IMG/VR virus record: IMGVR_UViG_3300028805_000046
Span: 64,001-128,000 of that record
Length of the DNA: 64,000 bases
Direction: 5' to 3' (one strand)
Source of the DNA: a virus
Taxonomy: Duplodnaviria; Caudoviricetes
Shown: one piece after another, positions 54,729-64,000 of the stretch
How positions within the stretch are numbered: position 1 is the stretch's first letter
Layout of the letters: each line of letters starts with the position of its first letter
The notes under the pieces: generated by a model
Told to the model about the DNA's origin: nothing
Databases searched by the model: none
What the model saw: only the letters and a program-made list of their open reading frames with translations
Program-made: the position numbers and the translations under genes

Positions 54729-54754
54729 CAGAAAACATTATTATATTTTTACCC

Positions 54755-55095
54755 GTTCAATAAAAGCCGTTTCCTCGGAACGAACAGCAACCCAATGCGA
54801 GTATCGGTAGAGGGACGCCATTGGAGTTGTGATGTAGGCAACTTCCGTAAAATGAATGGGTAGAAAGTTTCCAGTTTATCTGATGTATGCTTGTCACCAT
54901 TAATGAATTTCTACAAGCGAAGAGAGGAATCACAAATCTCTCATACAGCCGCCAATAGCACTCAAGGATGTAGTCGGAATACAGGTTGACCGCTCCGTAA
55001 GCCTTGATGGTAAGTCTACTTAAGTCATGCAGTTACACAGTTATAAGAAAAAAAGCATGATGACAGTAAGTTCCTGAATAGGCTTACTGTCTTCA
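54755..55095 (+). ncRNA. Candidate structured non-coding RNA (unassigned)
   Basis: About 340 nt without a credible ORF in a gene-dense genome; at least six stems; TATATT at 54742. Confidence 0.45.
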
Positions 55096-55175
55096 GTTTC
55101 CAGTTTCAGAAAAAAAGGATAGAACTTTTAAAAAGGACAACCAGCTTGAATAAATATCATAGAGGTATTTAGAAG

Positions 55176-55808
55176 ATGGTTGGAATTAAAAGCGTTTGGA
55201 ACAATCCTTTTTATAAAAACTTCAAGCCTATTCCGAAGTGGGCTTATGTAGTTGATTTTAACGGATTCATTCTTCACAATGATCCGGCTATTCAGCATGA
55301 AATGATTGACTCTTACGCTGATCTTCTTAGCCAAGCTATCATTAAGCACAAGTTTGGCAAGCGCGAGATCTCAATCGTCAAGTCATACTATGCTGGCATT
55401 GAGTCAAATAATCCTGGTCGTGTCCAGAACTGTGGCGAGCTTGACCTTATGTTCAATGAAGACCAAGAAATGCGAGTTAGCAAGTGCCTTGATGAAATCT
55501 TCAATGGCGAGTGCAGCAACGATGAGTACTTTGAAGGAAAAGGCGCTTACATCGGTAATGTCAAGAGTGGTTTCAATAAGACAGATAGATCTATCACTTT
55601 GACTATTCTTAAGCCTCGTCCACAGATGTCTTCGGAAATTTCAGAGCCACAGTATCAAGTCGCTGGACAGTATACCTTCCACAACTGCATCTTGACTATC
55701 ATCAATGAAGAAGAGATGGACTATGATGACAAGGAAGGCATCGTCACACGAACAGCAAGAATTTCATACGACTGGATGTACGACCACCGTGCAAGAAAGA
55801 GGGTCTAG
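55176..55808 (+). CDS. Tail tube-fold protein (gp19/gp54-like)
   Basis: Y.G.....PGRV..GEL.LMFNED, YTF.NC, DYDD, ISYDW. Confidence 0.6.
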   Translation: MVGIKSVWNNPFYKNFKPIPKWAYVVDFNGFILHNDPAIQHEMIDSYADLLSQAIIKHKFGKREISIVKSYYAGIESNNPGRVQNCGELDLMFNEDQEMRVSKCLDEIFNGECSNDEYFEGKGAYIGNVKSGFNKTDRSITLTILKPRPQMSSEISEPQYQVAGQYTFHNCILTIINEEEMDYDDKEGIVTRTARISYDWMYDHRARKRV

Positions 55809-55811
55809 TAA

Positions 55812-56381
55812 ATGAGCGGAATACAGAAAGTACAGAATTACATGAGAAGAGGACACGCAAATCCTGTTCCGACTTGGCTCTTTGATGTCCAGTTCTTTTT
55901 CGCTGAAGAATTTAAGACTGTTTACGGCATTCCAAATGATGTCAGCAACATGGACTCATTTACTTGCATTAAAGCAGATCTTCCGCAATATGAAAACACG
56001 CAGAAAGAAGTAAACTTCCTTGGAACTGGAAAGACAGTGAATGTCTGCCGACAGACAAAGGGCGAGACTGTTCTTCAGTTCTGGTGCCGTGAGAATGAAA
56101 AGACATATTCTTACCGTGGGAGCAACGTGAACTTCCTTGATACGATAGTTCCTCGTGGAGGTGGACGAATTGAAGATGACTGGATTCATGCCGAATTCAT
56201 TCAGGTGCTTGATGAACTTCAAGTCACAGTCTACAATTCAGATGGTAGCGTGTTTAGAAAGTTTAGATACTTAAATCCACAAGTAAAGGCGTTCAACTTT
56301 ATTGGCGAAATGGCTTATGAAGGAGAAGCTGGACTGAAGTGGGAACTGAAAATACATTATGACGCTTGGGAAGAACTATAA
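55812..56381 (+). CDS. Tail tube-fold protein (gp19/gp54-like)
   Basis: ADLP......VNFLG, ..HYDAWE. Confidence 0.55.
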   Translation: MSGIQKVQNYMRRGHANPVPTWLFDVQFFFAEEFKTVYGIPNDVSNMDSFTCIKADLPQYENTQKEVNFLGTGKTVNVCRQTKGETVLQFWCRENEKTYSYRGSNVNFLDTIVPRGGGRIEDDWIHAEFIQVLDELQVTVYNSDGSVFRKFRYLNPQVKAFNFIGEMAYEGEAGLKWELKIHYDAWEEL

Positions 56382-57781
56382 TGAACGCAGCAGATATTTT
56401 ATGTGAATACATTTACGCATCATTCTTAACAGTAGAAGCAGCTCTTGAAGTAGCAGTCTCTGCGGCTCAAGGCGTATTGCGTACTATCACTGCGTTCTTT
56501 GACGCTGTCATTTCATTGCTTGAGTTTACGATAGATCCAGCGATGAACATCATACTGGACGGCGTCCGAGTCATACAGAAAAAATTAGTAGACCTCATCT
56601 GGGACGGGTATAAGACAGACCCACAGACAGGCAAGAAGAAAAGCAAGTTCTGTCAGAATCTCTTTAAATGCAATATCTTCGTTGAAGAGCTTACTGACCG
56701 AAATTCATTGACTTGTTCAGTGTTAAGAAAGCTTGGCGTACTCGATGAGACAAAGATTGATTTTCTTAACAGCGTCATTCAAGATTACGAACAGTTCCAG
56801 TCAACTATCTGTAACTTCGGATTTACTTTCAATTTTGGTCTTTCTGCATTGAAGAAAATCTTGATGACATACGTCGAGACGATTTCAGGATTTATCAAGA
56901 TTCTTGAAAGCAAGAAGAAAGGCATGAAACGCCTTTTGCAGTCATACATTGACCGCTTGATGGACTTGGGAATATTTGACTTGCTTCTAAAGCTCAGAAA
57001 GTTCTTTAGCTGCGTGCTTTCAAATTCTGATACTTGCGCTAACATCGCAACAGCAGCGAACTACTATGCAGATGTTCTTGGTAAGTTGCATATTCAAGAA
57101 AACGGCCTTGGCGGCTACATGCTTAATAGCGATGACTTGAACAAGTACAACAATGTATTTGACTCTCGTCTTAATAAGATAGGCGAAGCAAAGCAAGAAC
57201 TGCTTGGTATCATTGACTCGCTTGTAAACCCGTCAGAAGTAGTCGCTGCTAACAAGGCGTTCAATCTTTCAACGAATATCTTCCCAGGTGGAATGAGCTG
57301 GTCTGACATTAAGAATGGCGACTGGCGAAATAACAGAATGACGAAGTACTTGAAAGTTAAAGCAGATGCATTTTTGAACGCATTTGTCACAAAGCACGAA
57401 AAAGATCTTGGCGAAAGCTATGAAAGTGTCTCGACTGAGTACTTGATTTCTGGAATGACTATCAATGACCATACTGGCGAAATCCGAATGCAAGTCAATA
57501 AGATTGATGAAACGATAAATCCAGAAACTGGTTTAAATATGGATGGGTATGATTACAATCTGTTTGAAGTTGTAAACTGCGACATCGAGTACAACATCGC
57601 AGCAGATGAAAACCCAGATGCTCCTGAACCAATCCTTTGGAACGGTGAACTTATTTCCGGACTACGTGCAGCAATCATGGCTAGCGTAGAAAACGATAAG
57701 AAGATGCAGGAGTACATAACAAGTGTTCATACGAAAACCGCTGATATGTTCAGCGAAGGTGAATTAGTGACAGAATGGTAA
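56381..57781 (+). CDS. Hypothetical helical virion/baseplate-region protein
   Basis: Long ORF with TAATG coupling in a late operon. Confidence 0.6.
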   Translation: MNAADILCEYIYASFLTVEAALEVAVSAAQGVLRTITAFFDAVISLLEFTIDPAMNIILDGVRVIQKKLVDLIWDGYKTDPQTGKKKSKFCQNLFKCNIFVEELTDRNSLTCSVLRKLGVLDETKIDFLNSVIQDYEQFQSTICNFGFTFNFGLSALKKILMTYVETISGFIKILESKKKGMKRLLQSYIDRLMDLGIFDLLLKLRKFFSCVLSNSDTCANIATAANYYADVLGKLHIQENGLGGYMLNSDDLNKYNNVFDSRLNKIGEAKQELLGIIDSLVNPSEVVAANKAFNLSTNIFPGGMSWSDIKNGDWRNNRMTKYLKVKADAFLNAFVTKHEKDLGESYESVSTEYLISGMTINDHTGEIRMQVNKIDETINPETGLNMDGYDYNLFEVVNCDIEYNIAADENPDAPEPILWNGELISGLRAAIMASVENDKKMQEYITSVHTKTADMFSEGELVTEW

Positions 57782-57790
57782 GGTGAATTT

Positions 57791-58192
57791 ATGAGTATAG
57801 AAAAAGAACAAAGAGACATTCTATTTGAGGCTTGCAGACAGATAGCGACAAACAAGAGAACTCCGCCCTGGATTCAAGGCTATTTGACTCAAGCAGTAAT
57901 CAAGGCAAAATCAGTAGCTGAAAACGGCGGCGCATTTCCTGAGTCGCTTGATGCCGGAACGAAAAACAATATTGAAGAAAAGCCTGCTGCAGAACCTCTT
58001 GCTGTCGGCGATGATGTCTCGACGAAAATGTTTGATAAGACAACTTACTTAGCAAAGATAGTAAGAGATGATGGAATTTGCGATGGCGTTCAACTATTCA
58101 GCATTGGAGAATTGAGAGGAAACGGTCCTCGTGGAGAAATTGCTGGATATGTCATTCCAAACGTTCCAGCGCATTGGCTAAAGAAGGAATAA
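57791..58192 (+). CDS. Hypothetical protein
   Basis: AAGGTG RBS. Confidence 0.65.
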   Translation: MSIEKEQRDILFEACRQIATNKRTPPWIQGYLTQAVIKAKSVAENGGAFPESLDAGTKNNIEEKPAAEPLAVGDDVSTKMFDKTTYLAKIVRDDGICDGVQLFSIGELRGNGPRGEIAGYVIPNVPAHWLKKE

Positions 58193-58194
58193 AG

Positions 58195-58611
58195 ATGTTT
58201 AGATTAGACCAGAATCCAGATTTTAAGAATCAAGGCGAACTCTATAAGCCAAGTAACTATCTTGACCTTAATGGAGACGATCTTTCACAACAGGTCGTTA
58301 TTCATGGTACTGATGCGATTGACCAAGCCATTGAAGCAGTAATCGTAACTGAACCTTGGGAACGCCTTTTCAACATTGATTTTTGGTCTCCATTCTATAA
58401 GCTTCTTTTCAGTACAGCAAATAACGTAGATAGCATAGTAAGTGAAACTTTTGACATGATTGAGCGTTGGACAGGCGTCATCATTGAACGCAGCAAGGCC
58501 AATGTAGTCGTTGACTCCGACAATCATGAAGTAGCGCTTAGCATTCCGTATCTTTATGTAGACAACGGCACTACTTATTCACATACTTTCTCACGTGTTA
58601 TTAGCAAATAA
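58195..58611 (+). CDS. Baseplate wedge protein (gp25-like)
   Basis: DAIDQAIEAVIVT.P.ERLFN.DF.S....LLF. Confidence 0.75.
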   Translation: MFRLDQNPDFKNQGELYKPSNYLDLNGDDLSQQVVIHGTDAIDQAIEAVIVTEPWERLFNIDFWSPFYKLLFSTANNVDSIVSETFDMIERWTGVIIERSKANVVVDSDNHEVALSIPYLYVDNGTTYSHTFSRVISK

Positions 58612-58637
58612 AGCAAATAAATATACTGAAGGTAAAC

Positions 58638-59078
58638 ATGGACTCAAAATTTACATTTAGCGATTACGTAGCGATGGTGATGAATAAGGCGTATAACCGT
58701 GAGGACATCAACGACACGCCTGCGGTTAGCGATGATTCGGGTCCAAGTCGTGAAATGTTCAATGCAGATCCAAAGAAATGGACTGCTAAGATCATTGACG
58801 GCGAAAAGATGCTTTTCTTCAATAATCGTTTCTTGAACATAACGAAATTGAAAGATGCACTTCAGAAAGTCTATAATGACAACGGATATCCACACTACGG
58901 ATTCAGCAAACTTGGCGAATCTGAGCTTGTACGATACAAGACGCTTCGTGATATCTTGATGAACGAATTTTTGGACGATATGGGTGAAGATGAACTTGAC
59001 CCTGAAGAAACTGCCCAGACAATTTTTGATAATGAGGCAAAGGACTTTAACTGGAAGCCAGAACAGTTGACAATGTAG
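58638..59078 (+). CDS. Hypothetical late protein
   Basis: AATAAATA upstream; N-terminus FTFSDYV. Confidence 0.65.
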   Translation: MDSKFTFSDYVAMVMNKAYNREDINDTPAVSDDSGPSREMFNADPKKWTAKIIDGEKMLFFNNRFLNITKLKDALQKVYNDNGYPHYGFSKLGESELVRYKTLRDILMNEFLDDMGEDELDPEETAQTIFDNEAKDFNWKPEQLTM

Positions 59079-59085
59079 GTAGAAA

Positions 59086-59493
59086 ATGGCGCAGATTACA
59101 AATAAGTTACTTGAAGTAAGATTGAAAGTAGATGCTTGGATCATTGAAGAGACTTTGACACGAATGGGTATTCCCGACATCAAGAACAAAGTCTTATATC
59201 AGTCTTGTCATCTTTTGAAGCAGTTTGGTTCATACTATATTGCTCACTTCAAGCAGCTGTTTGTACTTAGCCGTGGTAAAGACGGCTACCCAGGTTTTGG
59301 CAACGTTTCGCTAGAAGACATTGAGCGTAGAAATTCCATTGCTTACTGTCTTATCAAATGGAATATGATTGAAGTAGTCAATCCCGAAGAAATTTCTGAA
59401 CATGCTACTCGCATATTCGTTTTGCCACATGCTGAAAAACATAAATGGCAGCTTATTAAGAAATTTAATGTCAAGAACATTAGCGAAGAATAG
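59086..59493 (+). CDS. regA: Translational repressor RegA
   Basis: ETLTRMGI, LYQSCHLL, YYIAHFKQLF, D..RRN.IA..L..W, K..W.L..K. Confidence 0.92.
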   Translation: MAQITNKLLEVRLKVDAWIIEETLTRMGIPDIKNKVLYQSCHLLKQFGSYYIAHFKQLFVLSRGKDGYPGFGNVSLEDIERRNSIAYCLIKWNMIEVVNPEEISEHATRIFVLPHAEKHKWQLIKKFNVKNISEE

Positions 59494-59501
59494 AGGTTTA
59501 A

Positions 59502-60971
59502 ATGGCTGAACCACAGAAACAACAGAAAACAAAGACAGTAACTGGCAGAAAGAAGAATGCATTTGTCGCCAATGATTTTGCCAAGAATCTTGGTACTTGC
59601 GCTGCCATTCGTGCTACATTCAATTTAGGAAATTTCGTTGGAAAGGGAAATTCCGCAAAGGAACTTGCTGCAAATACGAAAATTCCTAACATGGAAGACG
59701 TTTATGAAATTGCTTGTGTAAATTTGCCTGAAGAAGCTTGGAAAGGCAAATCTGTTGATGCTATTTTCAGTTATCTTGCAGCAAAGAAGGTATTGAACGT
59801 TTATAAGGAAGCAGAGAAAAAAGTAGTCACTCAGAAAGGTGAAGAAATCACTGATGAAGCAGTTCTTAAAAACCCAGCTGTAATGAAAGACAGTAGCGGA
59901 AAGGCTTACTATCAAAAATTTAAGCGTGAAATGTTTGCTGAATTTGAATCTGGCATTGATGCAGCACGTACTGAACTTATGCAGGGCAAGCCTATTACAG
60001 ATCCTTACACCAAAGAAAAAGTTGACGCATCTAAAGCATCAAAGATTCTTAATGGCGTTGGAAAGGCTGTAAATGCTGCTGGTTCACAGATTGGCTATAT
60101 TCTTGGTTTAGACAAGTCAAATAAAGACATCTATTCAAAGATGCTGTTTTCAGTAATTGGTGGTGGTTCTAAACTTTGGGCTGCTGCAAAGAAGGCCGCT
60201 GCAACTGCAAAAGCAAAGAATCAGGAGCAAGGCAAAGAAAAGCCTGATGAAACAAAGCCTGAAGAACCGAAGAAAGAAATACCTGCGGAAGAACCGAAGA
60301 AAGAACCTGAAGGACAGGCAAACAATCCTGAGGGTGAAGAAGCACAGAAACCACAGCAGAAAGCAAATCCTGAACATCAGAAAATGGCTAATGAAATCAA
60401 AGATGATATTAGTGCATTAGCAGACAATCCAAACCCAGGTAGTTTGAAGACATTAGCTGGTAAAATCAAAAAATTTATAGCTACAAGTGGCAAAAAAGAA
60501 AATGTAAAAGCAACAATTCCACAATATAGAAATGCAGTTAAAGCATTACATGTAGAATCATTCACGGGTAAGTCTAAGTCTGAAACCTATTTTGAGATGA
60601 TACTTGCTGAAGATATGATTGACATGCTTGAAGATGAACAACCATCGCAAGCTACGCAGCAACAGCAGCCGTCAGTCAAATCGGAAATTGCTGCACTTAT
60701 AAATAAAATTAAAGAACTTGTTTTGATTAAAGACGATAATGAATTCAAGACAGAGTACGATAGATGGATAAAATCAGCAAAAGCATTGGTTGATAAAGCC
60801 ATAAAAGACAAAGAACTTAAAAAGAAACTGATAAATGAAACAAATCCATTAGATGCTCTTTGTCAGCTACCTGGATATATTCAACAGCAGAAACTTAATG
60901 CTAGTTTTGATGCAGAAATTGCAGATGTCGCTAACAAGTTCTTGAACATGCTTCGCGAAAAGTATAAGTAA
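59502..60971 (+). CDS. Hypothetical protein (possible virion protein)
   Basis: AGAGGT RBS; EEPKKE repeats. Confidence 0.65.
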   Translation: MAEPQKQQKTKTVTGRKKNAFVANDFAKNLGTCAAIRATFNLGNFVGKGNSAKELAANTKIPNMEDVYEIACVNLPEEAWKGKSVDAIFSYLAAKKVLNVYKEAEKKVVTQKGEEITDEAVLKNPAVMKDSSGKAYYQKFKREMFAEFESGIDAARTELMQGKPITDPYTKEKVDASKASKILNGVGKAVNAAGSQIGYILGLDKSNKDIYSKMLFSVIGGGSKLWAAAKKAAATAKAKNQEQGKEKPDETKPEEPKKEIPAEEPKKEPEGQANNPEGEEAQKPQQKANPEHQKMANEIKDDISALADNPNPGSLKTLAGKIKKFIATSGKKENVKATIPQYRNAVKALHVESFTGKSKSETYFEMILAEDMIDMLEDEQPSQATQQQQPSVKSEIAALINKIKELVLIKDDNEFKTEYDRWIKSAKALVDKAIKDKELKKKLINETNPLDALCQLPGYIQQQKLNASFDAEIADVANKFLNMLREKYK

Positions 60972-60993
60972 TACAAGAAACCACATTCACTCA

Positions 60994-61027
60994 ATGCACG
61001 GAAATAAAATCCGTGCATTTCTTTTTT
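60994..61027 (+). terminator. Rho-independent terminator
   Basis: ATGCACGGA...TCCGTGCAT followed by a T-rich tail. Confidence 0.75.
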
Positions 61028-61064
61028 CTTCTAAAAATAGTTATATTTTAACTAGAGGTAGAAT

Positions 61065-61394
61065 ATGAAAAAGCGAGAATTAAAGCAATCAATTACAGAG
61101 ATGATAGCGCTGTTTAACTCAAAAGATCCTGACGCAATAATGAATAACCTTCACATGACATGGTCACAGTTATTTTCAGTCAATGTCAACAAGCAAGTGC
61201 TTTCGTGCTTGTTTTACTGGAACATCGTCAAAAAGCGAGATGATTTGCTGGAGTTGATTGTTGATGTAAAAGAAGACGAAAATTTTGACTACATTTACGA
61301 CAGAGTAGCAGACATTTGGGAGAAAAGGGCTAGAAAAGAGATAGACGAAGCAATCAAGGAGATTGAGTCCATACCTATTGAAGATCTCAAATAA
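61065..61394 (+). CDS. Hypothetical protein
   Basis: AGAGGT RBS. Confidence 0.65.
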   Translation: MKKRELKQSITEMIALFNSKDPDAIMNNLHMTWSQLFSVNVNKQVLSCLFYWNIVKKRDDLLELIVDVKEDENFDYIYDRVADIWEKRARKEIDEAIKEIESIPIEDLK

Positions 61395-61419
61395 ATAAAA
61401 TAAACAATAGGTATTGAGT

Positions 61420-62469
61420 ATGGTTAACATGAGTCCAGAATATTTTGGTAAGCCGGGTTTGATTCCGCCAGGTGACTATTGTCACCCGCACCACCGTATA
61501 CCCAATGATGTGGAACATGCTTTTGTCGTTCCACCTGGACATGAGTGCTGTCCAGATGATGAGCCTGAATGCGTTTGTGTTACTTCAGGCGATGTAGCTA
61601 ACTGGAACCAAGCCTATGAAACAGTTTCAGGCATTTCTCCTGAAGACTGGGCTAAATTTGCGTCAGGCGCAAGTGCCTATGGAGAAATTGCTTCCAGTGC
61701 AGATAAGTGGAATGAAACATACGGATTAGTTCAGGAAGGCAAGCCTCAATGGGATCAGATTTCCGCCTTTGAAATGGCGCTTACTTCTGCATGTGACGAA
61801 TTGACTTCTGCTATCAATAGAAAGGCCGACAGTTTTTACGTAGATGAAAATTCTATTGAAGGCGATGGCACCAGCGCTAAGCCTTATGGCGTTCGTAACT
61901 ATCAGCAGTTGTTCATGAGTCGTGAACTTCTTAATTCAATCATCAGACACTTTAAGCAAGTAAATGACGAGAATTATCCACAGGTTATTACACTTGCAGA
62001 AAGCAGTGCATATTCTGGATATAATGTTCCGTTCCCAGCAAAAGAAAAAGATCCTCCTTGGATTTCCGATGCGATGGCTTGGTGGGTAAATGCCTTTGAT
62101 TATCGTTTTAATGACAATGATTTGACTGATGCTTCGCAGTGGGCAAGCATTGAGCATAACTGGTCAGCAATTCAAGAGCTTTGGAAACGCATTGGAGGTT
62201 ACGGTTCTGCGATAGCAGTTATTGAAGAACTCGTCAAGGAAAGCGTTAAGTATCAGAGCGGTGATTACATTAAAGTATCACAACTTTCAGATGATGTTTA
62301 TCAGATTGACCTTGACCAAAGCGCCGTTGATAAAATGGACAAAGGCGTTTCTGCATATAATGAGGTCAACGCTCTTAAGAACAAGATTGTAGAATACAAG
62401 TGGTCAACATCAGGAGCAGATCCTGCTGCTTGTGTAGGCAATAACATTATTTGGTTTAATGAGGACTAA
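61420..62469 (+). CDS. Hypothetical virion protein (fibre-like)
   Basis: SIEGDGT.A.PY and Y.SGD.I.V motifs; AATAAATA upstream. Confidence 0.5.
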   Translation: MVNMSPEYFGKPGLIPPGDYCHPHHRIPNDVEHAFVVPPGHECCPDDEPECVCVTSGDVANWNQAYETVSGISPEDWAKFASGASAYGEIASSADKWNETYGLVQEGKPQWDQISAFEMALTSACDELTSAINRKADSFYVDENSIEGDGTSAKPYGVRNYQQLFMSRELLNSIIRHFKQVNDENYPQVITLAESSAYSGYNVPFPAKEKDPPWISDAMAWWVNAFDYRFNDNDLTDASQWASIEHNWSAIQELWKRIGGYGSAIAVIEELVKESVKYQSGDYIKVSQLSDDVYQIDLDQSAVDKMDKGVSAYNEVNALKNKIVEYKWSTSGADPAACVGNNIIWFNED

Positions 62470-62793
62470 ATGGAAGCTATCTTGACGACAATTTTGAATA
62501 GTGGTAATGTTGTGGCAATCGTTTGCTTTATCATTTGCTATCTTGTGATATACTTTCAGCGTAAGAATACCGCTGCAGCTCGAGACGCGGCGATTATGGC
62601 GCTGGAGCAAGAAATTGCCAAACTTAAGACGGAGAAAGAGCTCATGAAAAAAGATATAGAAAATCTAAAGAACGAACACTCCGATATTAAAGAAGACGTT
62701 AAGGAGATTAAGACAACACTTCAAACTATGGCTTTGGCACTTGAGCGTCTCGCTACTACGTCTGAATTGTCTAATAAGAAAGGAGCTAAATAA
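62470..62793 (+). CDS. Single-TM coiled-coil protein (holin-like candidate)
   Basis: N-terminal hydrophobic helix then heptad coiled coil. Confidence 0.45.
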   Translation: MEAILTTILNSGNVVAIVCFIICYLVIYFQRKNTAAARDAAIMALEQEIAKLKTEKELMKKDIENLKNEHSDIKEDVKEIKTTLQTMALALERLATTSELSNKKGAK

Positions 62794-63188
62794 TGTTTAG
62801 AGATTTTGTGAATGAAAGCAAAGAGTTCAGTAAGTTAGAGGACAATCCTCTCATCTACACGCTTGTTATCGCAAAGCTTGCGAATAACTGCCCTGATGAA
62901 ACAAAGAAGGACGAAGTTCTTAAGAAGGTGATTGAAAAGGCTGAAACTGTCGCAAAGCAGTTTGACACAAAGGCACTTAAATCAATCTACTCACCGATTG
63001 GTCTGTTCGGCGTATTTGAAAAGGCAAACAAAGCAGATCTTAAGACGTACATTTCACAGTACTATGAATCATTTGAAACTGAAATCGCAAATGCAGAAAA
63101 ATCGTTTGCGGAGGCTTTTAAGATTCATCAAGCCTTCAAAGAGTTAAAAGACAGTGATGAATTTAAAGATTTTCTAAAGAGTTTATAA
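62793..63188 (+). CDS. Hypothetical protein with CTS-like N-terminus
   Basis: MFRDFVNES; AAGGAG RBS. Confidence 0.6.
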   Translation: MFRDFVNESKEFSKLEDNPLIYTLVIAKLANNCPDETKKDEVLKKVIEKAETVAKQFDTKALKSIYSPIGLFGVFEKANKADLKTYISQYYESFETEIANAEKSFAEAFKIHQAFKELKDSDEFKDFLKSL

Positions 63189-63220
63189 ATAATTTAGAAA
63201 AAGGTTTTAGGAGATAGAAC

Positions 63221-64000
63221 ATGGGAAAAACAGTAACAAAGAAGAATCGTAAAAAGTTGAGCCTTTCTGAAGGATTCCTTGACGGAGAGGAAGCGCCAAT
63301 CCAGTCACCAGAAAACACTGAGCCGGAACTTCCAGAAGAAGGCGTTCCTGCTAATGACGATCCTGATAATGATCCCGCTGAAGAACCAGTAGAAGGTGGC
63401 GAGCCTGCTCCGGAAGAAGGCACACCGGAAGAGTCACATGCAGAAGAAACCGGTGTTGAAGGCGCAAGCGATGATGACGTTCAACGTGACCAGCTTGACG
63501 CATTGCAGACATTGACTACTGCAGTTCAGGAACTTACCCAACAGATTAAGGATATGCAAGCAAATCAGGAACAGTCTGCAGAACCTGCTGCTGAACCTGC
63601 ACCAGCTGAGCCTGCATTGGAAGAACCTGCCGCTGAACCTGAAGGAGAGCCTGAAGGTGGTGAACCTGAGGGAGAACCAGAAGGCGAACCTGAATCAGAA
63701 GACGGAGAAGAAAAGCCAGCTAAGTCACACGACGATTTTGATGGCGAAGAAGAAAATTCCGAAGAAGATGAAAATGAATTGCCGCCAGAAAGTGCAACAG
63801 TTGAATCTGTAATGAAGGAACTTTGCGAACCAGGAAAGATCTTGAATGAAAACAGCAAATACATGACTGGAAAGATTTATCAGCATCGTTTTGATAAACT
63901 CGAACCAATTATCATGGCACTTGTTAAAGCCAAGATTAAGAACCGCGTTGATGGAGCACGTAAAGAATTCCGTGCTCAAGTATTCAAGCAGCAGTACGGC
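63221..64000 (+). CDS. Highly acidic late protein, possible prohead core/scaffold (3'-truncated, not in ORF track)
   Basis: TATAAATA at 63184, AGGAG RBS, MGKTVTKKNRKKLSLSEG...; Glu/Pro-rich, open to window end. Confidence 0.6.
   Translation, partial: MGKTVTKKNRKKLSLSEGFLDGEEAPIQSPENTEPELPEEGVPANDDPDNDPAEEPVEGGEPAPEEGTPEESHAEETGVEGASDDDVQRDQLDALQTLTTAVQELTQQIKDMQANQEQSAEPAAEPAPAEPALEEPAAEPEGEPEGGEPEGEPEGEPESEDGEEKPAKSHDDFDGEEENSEEDENELPPESATVESVMKELCEPGKILNENSKYMTGKIYQHRFDKLEPIIMALVKAKIKNRVDGARKEFRAQVFKQQYG

Noticed and set aside
79-63979. Numerous short minus-strand and nested ORFs in the track
   Set aside because: They are shadows of + strand genes with no RBS or motifs; only 51216..52514 is supported.
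1-64000. CRISPR array, tRNA, rRNA or tmRNA genes
   Set aside because: No regularly spaced repeats or cloverleaf/CCA signatures seen by eye; a tRNAscan or Infernal run would be needed to be definitive.
1-64000. Stop-codon reassignment
   Set aside because: Conserved genes are intact in the standard code, and TAA, TAG and TGA all end genes at sensible positions.

Overview
64 kb of a large T4-related (myovirus-type, probably jumbo) dsDNA phage genome. It is densely coding in the standard code, almost entirely on the + strand. T4 core homologues (gp62, gp2, topo II subunits, gp13/14/15, sheath gp18, gp21 protease, terminase gp17, gp53, gp25, RegA, NrdD) are scattered among host-like genes (two GroES, ClpP, IF-1, SpoVG, DinG helicase, two atypical C5 methyltransferases) and many small hypotheticals. 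A 1579-aa cadherin-repeat protein with a Fibrobacter-style C-terminus hints at a Fibrobacterota host (inference). Sigma70-like promoters (TTGACA-N16/17-TATTTT/TATATT) and T4-type late boxes ((T/A)ATAAATA) both occur. Main observation: all three full-length free-standing endonuclease genes (two PD-(D/E)xK, one MobE-like HNH) are preceded by the same RNA architecture with different sequence in each copy. Hairpin A carries an anti-Shine-Dalgarno loop, hairpin B has a loop exactly complementary to the loop of hairpin C (kissing loops), and a late promoter sits between B and C. This looks like a covarying translational lock released by late transcription. Also notable: nrdD is fractured by the HNH gene inside an intein, leaving a 15-aa N-intein; terminase ends in an orphan 38-aa N-intein; several mRNAs appear leaderless; there is a candidate ~340-nt structured ncRNA; and many late proteins share capsid-targeting-like N-termini. 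All protein calls come from motif recognition by eye; no searches were run.
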